Source of the DNA: an uncultured delta proteobacterium | GTDB lineage: Bacteria > Myxococcota_A > Polyangia > Fen-1088 | DNA length: 64,000 nt | Direction of reading: 5' to 3' | NCBI GenBank assembly: GCA_963755125.1 | Contig: CAVWIP010000008.1 | Coordinates: forward strand, 192,001-256,000 | Program-made: the position numbers and the translations under genes | Notes under the pieces: generated by a model | Databases searched by the model: none | Told to the model about the DNA's origin: nothing | Seen by the model: only the letters and a program-made list of their open reading frames with translations | Shown here: positions 29,067 through 37,268 of the stretch, piece by piece | Numbering within the stretch: position 1 is the first letter of the stretch | Layout of the letters: each line of letters opens with the position of its first letter

Positions 29067-30143
29067 ATGTCGCTCACGGCAGTCAGAACCAAGCGCAGCG
29101 TTGCTCGGCCTGCCAGCGAGGATCCCGTCGAGCGCGAGGTGGGGCTGCAGAAGCTCCTCTCCACGCGCATCTGCGATCTGCAACTCGAACCTCAGGAGGT
29201 GCTGGCCGAATGTCTGGCCCAGGTCGGAGCAGAGTTGCGCGCCAAGAAGATATCCTTCCTGCCGCTGTACTACCTGGGCGACGATGACTTCTGGACCACA
29301 GATCGCGCCATCAGCGTCAACATTCCCTGGTACCTTGCCAATTCCGTCCTGTGGCAGATGGTGAACGACCACCTGTTCGAGTACACGCGCGACGAGGTTC
29401 TGATGTATCTGCGCCACGAGACCGGGCACGCCGTCAACTACGCCTTCGAATTGTGGAAGCGCAAGGACTGGACGCAGACCTTCGGCGATTTTCGCCGCTC
29501 GTACCGCGACGTCTACAACGCGAATCCATGGAGCCACGACTACGTCAGACATCTGCACCGCGCGGGTATGTACCACTACGCGCAGAAGCACCCTGACGAA
29601 GATTTCGCCGAGAGCTTCGCCGTGTGGCTGGATCCCTCGTCGCGCTGGCGGCGCCGCTACCGCGACTGGCAGGTGGCGGTGACGAAACTGGAGTACGTGG
29701 ACCGTATCATCGACCTCGAGGGCGCCTGCCGGGGCACGCCCGCCAACCAGCGAACTGGCACGCAGATTCCCTATGGGGATTTGAAGGAAACCGTCGCCGA
29801 ATACTTCGACATCAACCATGCGCTGGATCCGGACCTGGCCGAGTACCGCAGGGATCTGCTCGATATCTTCCCCCGACGCTCGCCGCACGCGCGCGGATCA
29901 CAGGGCGCTTTGTCGGCAGCGCGTTTCATCCAGCAACATCAGCGCCTGCTGATTAGCAAGCTGGGCGGCTGGATCGGCGATTCTGACCGCCGCGTGATCG
30001 GCAAGTTCTTGCGCGAACTCCAGGCCCTGTGTACCTACGAGCACCTGGTCGTGCCCGAGAATCGGCGTAACGAGAAACTGGTCGACCTGACCATCGTGGC
30101 CACCTGGCACGTGGTGGACGGGATTCACCGGCTGAGCGAATAG
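29067..30143 (+). CDS. Putative zinc-binding metallopeptidase
   Basis: LRHETGHA (HExxH), YAQKHPDEDFAESFAVWL, KLEYVD. Confidence 0.85.
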   Translation: MSLTAVRTKRSVARPASEDPVEREVGLQKLLSTRICDLQLEPQEVLAECLAQVGAELRAKKISFLPLYYLGDDDFWTTDRAISVNIPWYLANSVLWQMVNDHLFEYTRDEVLMYLRHETGHAVNYAFELWKRKDWTQTFGDFRRSYRDVYNANPWSHDYVRHLHRAGMYHYAQKHPDEDFAESFAVWLDPSSRWRRRYRDWQVAVTKLEYVDRIIDLEGACRGTPANQRTGTQIPYGDLKETVAEYFDINHALDPDLAEYRRDLLDIFPRRSPHARGSQGALSAARFIQQHQRLLISKLGGWIGDSDRRVIGKFLRELQALCTYEHLVVPENRRNEKLVDLTIVATWHVVDGIHRLSE

Positions 30144-30230
30144 TACGACCCTATCTGTTCAAGTTGCCGACGGCTCGGCGGCACGGTCGTCGGGCGCAAT
30201 TGCGCCTGCGGCCTTTGAACGAAGAGCTCC

Positions 30231-30479
30231 CTACTCAGTCTTCAGGCCGTGTTGGATGATGCGGCGAAGGCCCTCGGCTCCGAGGCGCGAGCTGTGCTTC
30301 TCTTCCTCGAAAATTATCTGAGCGAGGGTCGCTGACGTCAAGTCAGCCCCGCTGACGTGATCGGTGACCTTTACCTCGTCGCCGTTGCGCACGAACCCTG
30401 CCACATCGGCCAGCGTCACGTAGTGCTTGTCAAAGGTGTCGTAGAGCTTCCGATTCGAGTAGCGCTTGATTGTTCGCAT
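30231..30479 (-). CDS. PhaR-like (PHA synthesis regulator) DNA-binding domain protein
   Basis: IKRYSNRKLYDT..YVTL..V..G..V.V.D..SG.DLT..TLAQII. Confidence 0.88.
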   Translation of the reverse strand: MRTIKRYSNRKLYDTFDKHYVTLADVAGFVRNGDEVKVTDHVSGADLTSATLAQIIFEEEKHSSRLGAEGLRRIIQHGLKTE

Positions 30480-30580
30480 GGTGGCACAAGAGGATGACAC
30501 ATCTTGCGACCAAATGACACGATTCCAATAAAGAATCTGCCAAAGAATCTGCCGAAACAAGCCGGCGCCAATTGGCTAGC

Positions 30581-31735
30581 CTAGCCCGGCGGTGTTCCCC
30601 ACACGACTTTTCCAGTCGTGTCGTGGAGAGTGATCTTCTGCTCGTAGAGCAGTGCCGCTCCGCCGTCGTAGCTGTAGTCGTTGGTTACATCGACAGCGCC
30701 CGTGTAACCGGCAGTGTGCAGCGTGACCTGGATGTTGAACTGGTCGTTGGTGGCCTTGTCACCCTGTGCGGCGAGTGTTCCGGTAAATGCCAGCTCCAGA
30801 TAATGGTCAGCCCCTGCGACGGGCGACGGGTTGGCGACGGCTGTGCCACTCGTCACCTTGCCCTGGTTCGAGTAGCCAATGCTGACGTAGTTGGCGGCAA
30901 GCACCAAATTGGTGCCCAATCCCTCGTCCTGGTACCAGTAGCGAAGTGTCACGGTCGACGTGTCGACGGTCTGCGCTGTCTTGTTGTCGATGCGGAGATT
31001 CAATGTGATCTGACCTGTACCGCCAGTGGTCTTCTGCGCGACCCACACCGCCAAGCTGCCAGTTGGTGGTGGCGTGGTTGACGTCGAGCCGGCAGAGCCA
31101 CCCGCGCCACCAGAAGCCACGGTCCCGCCGGCGCCTCCGGGCCCACCCGCCGTTCCGCCTGCGCCACCAATTCCTCCCGCTCCGCCGGCGCCGCCCCTGC
31201 CACCCGCGCCTGTGCCAGCCGTGCCCGCGCCGCCGGTGCCTCCGCTGCCACCGAACGGCGAGATGGCGCCCCCGGTTCCCGACGATCTGCTGGTACCCGC
31301 ACCGCCTGTGCCCGCGCCACCAGCGCCTGCGCCGCCGGTGCTGCCACCCACGCCCGCGCCACCTGTGCCGCCCCTGCCACCGGTGACGCTGGTCCCGCCG
31401 GTTCCGCCCTTGCCGCCCGTCGTGCTCGCGCCGCCTGAAGCGCCGGTACCGCCCGCGCTGGACACGCCACCCGTGGCACCGCCCGCCCCGCCGGCGCTGG
31501 CAGGGCTAGATGAGCCGCCAACGGGTGGAGCGCTCGTAGTGGAACCCGCGACACCAGCGGTTCCATTGCTGCTCGAAATGGACGAATTGCCGCCCGTGCC
31601 TCCGGTGGTGCCACCCGCGGGTTGCACCACGCGCCTCACCACATCGGGTGCGCCGCAAGCCACTCCCAACACCAGACCCACCGCCACGACCGGAAGGAGG
31701 AAGCTGAGCTTCACTGTATGTTTATTCGCACTCAT
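30581..31735 (-). CDS. Non-catalytic lipoprotein with Gly/Thr-rich linker and C-terminal CBM3
   Basis: Lipobox GVA-C; ~190-aa G/T/A/S linker; CBM3-like LRIDNKT..VD...VTLRYWY, ADHYLELAF, NDYSY. Confidence 0.8.
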   Translation of the reverse strand: MSANKHTVKLSFLLPVVAVGLVLGVACGAPDVVRRVVQPAGGTTGGTGGNSSISSSNGTAGVAGSTTSAPPVGGSSSPASAGGAGGATGGVSSAGGTGASGGASTTGGKGGTGGTSVTGGRGGTGGAGVGGSTGGAGAGGAGTGGAGTSRSSGTGGAISPFGGSGGTGGAGTAGTGAGGRGGAGGAGGIGGAGGTAGGPGGAGGTVASGGAGGSAGSTSTTPPPTGSLAVWVAQKTTGGTGQITLNLRIDNKTAQTVDTSTVTLRYWYQDEGLGTNLVLAANYVSIGYSNQGKVTSGTAVANPSPVAGADHYLELAFTGTLAAQGDKATNDQFNIQVTLHTAGYTGAVDVTNDYSYDGGAALLYEQKITLHDTTGKVVWGTPPG

Positions 31736-31849
31736 CACAATATAGAGTATGCGCAACAGACCAAAAAACGGAATTGCGAATAGCAAAAAGAACCGCAGAT
31801 TCCCACGCGCTTGACTACATTGTCCTACTCGCTCGCCACAGCTCTCTCA

Positions 31850-33397
31850 CTAAAAAGCCAACAGTCCACCCAAGGACATGCCCACCGTCGCGCGCTGCAC
31901 GCGTTGGTCGTTCAGGCGAAAAACCTCACCACCGCCCTGCGCCGAGAGCACGAGCCATGTGCTGCGGTAGGTACGTAACATGCCGGAGGCGATAGCGCCG
32001 TAGGTTAGCCCGAAGGAGTAGGTGCTGTCGTGCCAGACATCGTGTTGGCGCACGATGGGGACGCCCACCGTTGGCCCCAGCAGCAACGCGAAACGGTCTG
32101 TCCGGTAGAGAGGCCAGAGTGCATCGAAGGAGATCCCTGTTCGCAAGAACGACGACTGGTAGTCCTGAAAAGTTGCGTTATAGGACGAAAACTCGGCGCG
32201 CACCCGCAGTGCCAGCCCGCCGACCTGGCGCATGTAGGAAAGCGCGGCCAGCCCGACCAAGGATCCGGTTCCAGACACTGGGCTGCTCTGCAGCCCGAGA
32301 TCTATGCCCAAAGAATTGGGCTGCCACGGCCCGCCCTTCTCGCGATGATTTTCGGCGTCTGCCACGACCGGGGCCATGGACGCTGTGTCGATGATCGTCG
32401 AGCTACCCGCCGCGAGAGAGAACGTCGTCTCGCTGACACCGGCCAGAACCCGCCGCACGACCCGGTACTCGCCCGCAGGCAGGGCCAGGTACACGTCCTC
32501 GCTGGAGGTGGACCCCAACTCCGCGATCACCTCGCCGCGCCCCTTGTTCACCACCGTATAGGTGACGCCGGTTTCGCGCGGAAAGACCAGGCGAGCATCG
32601 TTGGGCCGCGTGCGCGCCAGAATCACGTCGCCGGCGCCCGACATGCGGTAGTCGTAGGTCGGGTGCTGGCCGCCGACCAAGCTGGCCGCGGTGCTGGCCA
32701 GGGTGCGCCTGAAGGCGAACTGATAAACCTCACCCAAGGTCACCTGCCCGTCGTGTGACGAGTCGGCAGCGCCGCGCAGGCCGGCCATGATGTTGTGGGT
32801 GAAGAAAGAGCCCCCGAGGTCGTCGGACTCCTGCGACAGTTCGTTGGCCGTCGAGGAAGTCACGATCGCCATGCCCTTGACGCTCCCGGGATCGGCCAGA
32901 TGGATCTCGTAGCCCGGGGCACGTCGGCCGCCCTTGACGCCCGTGAGCGCGCCCGACTGGCAGGCGTCCACGAAAGCCACGCGCACGTCAGCCCCGGAGA
33001 GCTGTTCCAGATAAGAACGCAGGTCGCGCAGAGGCAAGCGCGACGAGCCCAGCTCGAGGGCCTCCTGATCGCCATGGCCCGAGTAGTAGAAAAGGAAGAG
33101 GGTCCGTTTTCCCTCGGCATGGGCACGATCGAGTTGCGCCCGCGCTGCCGCCAGCGCCTGCTCGACCGCTTCACGCCGCGCCCCCTGCACGGTGACGACG
33201 TTGTCGAATTCACCCGCGCCCCGAAGCAAGCTGGCCAACCGGCCAGCTTCCGCCTCGGCATAGCGAAGCGTCCGCCCGGGATCCCTCCCCAGGTTGTTGC
33301 CCACCACGACTGCCACGCGGGCCTGCTGCGTCTGCGCGAAAGCAAAGCCCTGCCCCAAGGCCAAGATCAGCCAAGCGCCAAGAAAGCGAAGCGCCAT
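31850..33397 (-). CDS. Caspase-like (peptidase C14) exported protein with C-terminal beta-strand domain
   Basis: Signal peptide, YYSGHGD and VDACQSG catalytic dyad, SQES..GGSFFT, QHP; ends in F. Confidence 0.85.
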   Translation of the reverse strand: MALRFLGAWLILALGQGFAFAQTQQARVAVVVGNNLGRDPGRTLRYAEAEAGRLASLLRGAGEFDNVVTVQGARREAVEQALAAARAQLDRAHAEGKRTLFLFYYSGHGDQEALELGSSRLPLRDLRSYLEQLSGADVRVAFVDACQSGALTGVKGGRRAPGYEIHLADPGSVKGMAIVTSSTANELSQESDDLGGSFFTHNIMAGLRGAADSSHDGQVTLGEVYQFAFRRTLASTAASLVGGQHPTYDYRMSGAGDVILARTRPNDARLVFPRETGVTYTVVNKGRGEVIAELGSTSSEDVYLALPAGEYRVVRRVLAGVSETTFSLAAGSSTIIDTASMAPVVADAENHREKGGPWQPNSLGIDLGLQSSPVSGTGSLVGLAALSYMRQVGGLALRVRAEFSSYNATFQDYQSSFLRTGISFDALWPLYRTDRFALLLGPTVGVPIVRQHDVWHDSTYSFGLTYGAIASGMLRTYRSTWLVLSAQGGGEVFRLNDQRVQRATVGMSLGGLLAF

Positions 33398-33471
33398 GAT
33401 TGAAGCGTACCTCATTTTTTCGCGGCAAAGACGTCGATCGCAACCATGCTCATGCCCGTTAGTGACCATGG

Positions 33472-34275
33472 TCACGGCCGCCTGAGCAAAAAAGACACCT
33501 GCTCTGCTTGTACAGGCAAGCGCGCCGCTTGCCTGATGTCGCCCCCGACTGCGGCCAGCGCCTCGGCCACGGCTGTGCGAACGACGTCTTCGCCGACAGA
33601 GGCCGGCGTCCAGAGGGCAAAAACCCTTTCCCAGCCGTGGTGGTCATCCAGTTCCACTGACTCGGGCAGCATGACCTCGGAGCCCGGTGGGGCGCTCACG
33701 CCGGTCAACACATCGTCGCGGTAGTAGGGGAACAGCCGGCCGGCGTCGTCGACCCCGAACACCAGCAGCATGCCGGGTTGATCCTTGGTATAAGCAAAGC
33801 GCAAGCGGTCGCCCACGACGAAATCGTCGCCATCCTTGACCGGAAAAACGTTCTCACCGCGTTTGCAGAACGCCTCGACCAAGAGCGCGCCCTTGGCTCG
33901 CACGGCTCCCGCGACGTGCCTCGCGGCTCCGGTGCTCTGGCTGGGCGCCAGCGGTGGAGGAGAGAAGGCACCGCGCGACATCACAAGCAAGACCACGGCC
34001 GCCACCGCAACCGGGCTCAGCGTCAAAGGCACGACAAGCCGCCACCAGGCCCTGCGACGCCGTTCAGCCACGCTCGCCAGGATCGCACGAGCTGCCGCCA
34101 GGCTTTGGGCCTGAGGATCGGTTCCCAGCAATTCCTGGCGGGCCGATGCCAACTCCGCCAATGCTGCCGCACACCGGTCGCAGGTACGCAGGTGGGTGCT
34201 GGCATAAGGGGATCGCTCGGCCTCGGGCTTCGCCTCCCACCGCACCAACTCCAAGTGCAAAAGGCAATCCGTCAT
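33472..34275 (-). CDS. Putative anti-sigma factor (ZAS-like HxxxCxxC, TM helix, DUF4384-like domain)
   Basis: HLRTCDRC, one TM helix, RAKG..GDRLRFAY..LP.SVELDD; overlaps the sigma gene stop. Confidence 0.75.
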   Translation of the reverse strand: MTDCLLHLELVRWEAKPEAERSPYASTHLRTCDRCAAALAELASARQELLGTDPQAQSLAAARAILASVAERRRRAWWRLVVPLTLSPVAVAAVVLLVMSRGAFSPPPLAPSQSTGAARHVAGAVRAKGALLVEAFCKRGENVFPVKDGDDFVVGDRLRFAYTKDQPGMLLVFGVDDAGRLFPYYRDDVLTGVSAPPGSEVMLPESVELDDHHGWERVFALWTPASVGEDVVRTAVAEALAAVGGDIRQAARLPVQAEQVSFLLRRP

Positions 34276-34835
34276 CAGTCTCCCTCCCTCCTCGTTCCCC
34301 CATCAGGCTGCGCTGGCCCGAGCAGATCCCGAGCGATTCGTTCCAGCCTGCGCAGTCGGTTGAACACCGTTCGCCGCGTGATCCCCAGAATCTTTGCGAT
34401 CTCGACCTGCGACATGCCGTCCACGTAGTGCATGACTGCCACCGTCGCCCCGGCTTCGCCACAGCGGTCCAGCACGGCTGCCACGAAGTCGCGATCCGCG
34501 TGCCGTCCCTCCATCGATCCAGACGACGAAGGCCGCACCCGCAGGGACGCCGCAGCGCGGGTGTGAACCTTGAGCTCACGGATGTGGTTCAAACAAACAT
34601 TGGTCGACACACGGTACAGATAGCGGAGTCCATCGTCGTCGTTGGGAAACACGGGCCCGCGCGTCAGCACGCGCACGAACGCCTCTTGGGTCGCATCCCG
34701 AGCCGCCGCCTGCGACTGCAACATTCGCCGACAGTGGGCGTAGATCGCCGGCGCGTACTTCTGATACAGTGCGGCTAGAGCAGTCTCGCTGATTCTTTCC
34801 ACGACTGGGGGGCTCGCCTCTCGGCCCGCGCTCAT
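34275..34835 (-). CDS. ECF sigma-70 factor
   Basis: Region 2 LYQKY..ARDATQEAF..YLYRVSTNVCLN; region 4 DGMSQVEIAKILGITRRTV; start uncertain. Confidence 0.9.
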   Translation of the reverse strand: MSAGREASPPVVERISETALAALYQKYAPAIYAHCRRMLQSQAAARDATQEAFVRVLTRGPVFPNDDDGLRYLYRVSTNVCLNHIRELKVHTRAAASLRVRPSSSGSMEGRHADRDFVAAVLDRCGEAGATVAVMHYVDGMSQVEIAKILGITRRTVFNRLRRLERIARDLLGPAQPDGGTRREGD

Positions 34836-35347
34836 CAGAGCATAGCCGGCCGCGCTGCTGGAAAAAAGTTGAGCCGCGCATTCTCCGACGCTATCCGACG
34901 CCAAAGCCAGGCCCACGGCGCGCAAGGCCATGCCGCCCCTATCGTTGAAAAGAACGCGACCGCAAGCCGGTCCGGCCTCCGCGGACAAGCGAGCCATGGG
35001 TGTGATAGGCCGCGTTCCAAGCATCGATTCTCAATGAGAGCCCCGCGAATTCCGCGGAACGAATCATCCTCCTCCGCCGCTTGAACACGCGAGCCTGACC
35101 TGTTGGGAACGGGGGTGGTCCAGCCTCGCTTGCCTTGCGAACCGGCCCCGGATCCGAAGGCGACGGCGAGCCGACCCGCGAGCGCGTTCTCGCGCCCCGG
35201 ATGATGAAAGTCGGCTCCCTCAGGCACGCTGGACAGGCATCTTGCCGGCGGAAGGTAAGTTGGTGTACAACCACGTCCTCCTTTGTCGCTTCCCACTTGT
35301 CCATGCTTGATGGTTGGGGAGCGCGCACAACCAACGAGGCTCCCCCC

Positions 35348-37261
35348 ATGAGAACGACCAGACACCCGAGAATCCGAGTTGCCCTGCGCCCGTTTTCCAC
35401 TGCCTTTGTAGTCACGGCCCTGCTCGCTTCCGGCGGGACCGCGTCGGCGGCCAAGAAGAAAGCCGCTGACCAAGGCGAGACAACAGAAGCAGCCCCGGCC
35501 GAACAAACTTCGGCCCCGGCCGACTCAGCGCCCGTGGCGGCCCCAGCTCCGGCCCCTGCTCCCGCTCCTGTTGCGGCTCCGGCTCCCGCTCCTGCCGCGG
35601 CCCCGGCCGCGGCTCCCGAGGAGGCCACGACCCAGCCCGAACCCGGCGCTGCCAGCCCCCAGCGCAAGCGCTCGACGAGGACTACCGAGCTCGGCCTTTC
35701 TCCCCAGAGCACGACGTACGCCGCCGACAACACCGGCCCGCCCGTGGTGACCGAGGCGCCAGCCGAGGACTGGGGCTTCAAGTTCCACGGCTTCTTCCGC
35801 GGTCCCATGCGCCTGAGCATGGATACTGAGACAGGCCAGGGCCTGCAGTTCCACGCACCGCCCGTGACGCCCGACTTGAACTACACCACGTGGAACTACA
35901 CCAACAACAACCCCGGACCTTGGGGCGAGGCGATCTTCCAGTACGGGAACAACCGCGCCATCATGACCATGGCCATCGCCAGCTACAACATCACCTCGGG
36001 CGGCTGGCGCGAGTTGCAGGACCAGCTCGGCATCGACCGCGCGTTCGTCACCCTCAATTTCCCCGACGCCCTTGGCGACATTGGCAAGATGACGTGGAAC
36101 GTGGGCGTGTTCTCGGACCGCTACGGCGCCATGGGGAAGTACGACGGCGGTGCCTATGACACTTACATAATCGGCCGCACCCGCGTTGCCGGCGCCACGG
36201 GCACATTCGATCTGGACCTCGCCGACGACTTCAGGCTGGTCATAGAGGGCGGGTTCGGCGCCAAGATGGATGTGCAACAGTGGCAGCCATATCCGTACAC
36301 CTCGTGGCAGCCCTACCCTGGCTACATACAGATGGGCACCTCGCTCCTGGGCCACCTCCACGTCGGTGTGGTGTTCAACAATATCTGGACCTTCACCCTT
36401 CACTACATGGACACCTTCACCAGGGACGCCATGCGGACCAACATGAACAGTTCGACTTTCGGGGGCATTGACAACTACATCAGCCCGAGTGGCCCCAACA
36501 TGAACGCGGCCCTGAACACCGACGCCCGGAACGGCGACATGCGAATCCTGGGTGCCGACCTGAGACTGGACGGTGGATGGATGGGGATCGGCTATCTCGG
36601 GTTCTCCACGATCAAGGCCTCCAACGCCGGCGTCTTGCAGGACACCATCGAAGTCGTCCACTCGCAAGGTGGCTGGCAGTTCACCAACAACTTCCTCGGC
36701 GACAATGGAAACGGAACCGTCAACAACATCGGGTTCCAGTACACCTTCAGCCTGGCCGCCTTCATGCTGCGACCGCAGGCATGGTGGGGCCAAGGCGCGG
36801 ACTTCACGGTCCAGCTCTTCGGCATCTACACCTGGATTACGGGCTTGGGGGATTCGGCGGCCGTTTCTCCGGGCGCGTATTTCGTGGGCATTGTTGGACC
36901 CGACGGCGCGGGTACCAAGAAGCTCAAGACGGGGACGCAGTTGCTCTACACCCCGCTGCCCTTCATGTCAGCCGGTGTTCGTCTGGACTGGGTTCAGCCG
37001 AACATGGACAACAGCACCCACAACTTCACGGTCATCTCTCCGCGGCTCATCTTCCGCACCGAGTTCGTGACCCACGAGCAGATCACGGTCCAGTACCAGT
37101 ACTACGACTATGGAAGCTGGTATTACAAGAGCAGCAACGGGGTGGGGACGGGAATGCCGTGGCCGGGCCTACCCTATCCCTACGGCCAGGCAGGGAATCT
37201 CTGGAACCCAGTTCGACCCGACAAGAACACGTTCACGATTGCCGCCAGCATGTGGTGGTAG
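35348..37261 (+). CDS. Predicted outer-membrane beta-barrel protein (possible carbohydrate porin)
   Basis: Signal peptide, PA-rich linker, then amphipathic aromatic-rich strands (FKFHGFFRGP...), C-terminal MWW; 7 nt upstream of GH9. Confidence 0.6.
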   Translation: MRTTRHPRIRVALRPFSTAFVVTALLASGGTASAAKKKAADQGETTEAAPAEQTSAPADSAPVAAPAPAPAPAPVAAPAPAPAAAPAAAPEEATTQPEPGAASPQRKRSTRTTELGLSPQSTTYAADNTGPPVVTEAPAEDWGFKFHGFFRGPMRLSMDTETGQGLQFHAPPVTPDLNYTTWNYTNNNPGPWGEAIFQYGNNRAIMTMAIASYNITSGGWRELQDQLGIDRAFVTLNFPDALGDIGKMTWNVGVFSDRYGAMGKYDGGAYDTYIIGRTRVAGATGTFDLDLADDFRLVIEGGFGAKMDVQQWQPYPYTSWQPYPGYIQMGTSLLGHLHVGVVFNNIWTFTLHYMDTFTRDAMRTNMNSSTFGGIDNYISPSGPNMNAALNTDARNGDMRILGADLRLDGGWMGIGYLGFSTIKASNAGVLQDTIEVVHSQGGWQFTNNFLGDNGNGTVNNIGFQYTFSLAAFMLRPQAWWGQGADFTVQLFGIYTWITGLGDSAAVSPGAYFVGIVGPDGAGTKKLKTGTQLLYTPLPFMSAGVRLDWVQPNMDNSTHNFTVISPRLIFRTEFVTHEQITVQYQYYDYGSWYYKSSNGVGTGMPWPGLPYPYGQAGNLWNPVRPDKNTFTIAASMWW

Positions 37262-37268
37262 CGCAGCG

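Noticed and set aside
31060..31620. Highly repetitive GC-rich tract and the Pro-rich + strand ORF 31026..31745
   Set aside because: It is the Gly/Thr/Ala linker of the CBM3 lipoprotein read antisense; no CRISPR repeat-spacer structure
35520..35620. GCTCCG/GCCCCG hexamer repeats
   Set aside because: They encode the PA-rich linker of the beta-barrel protein
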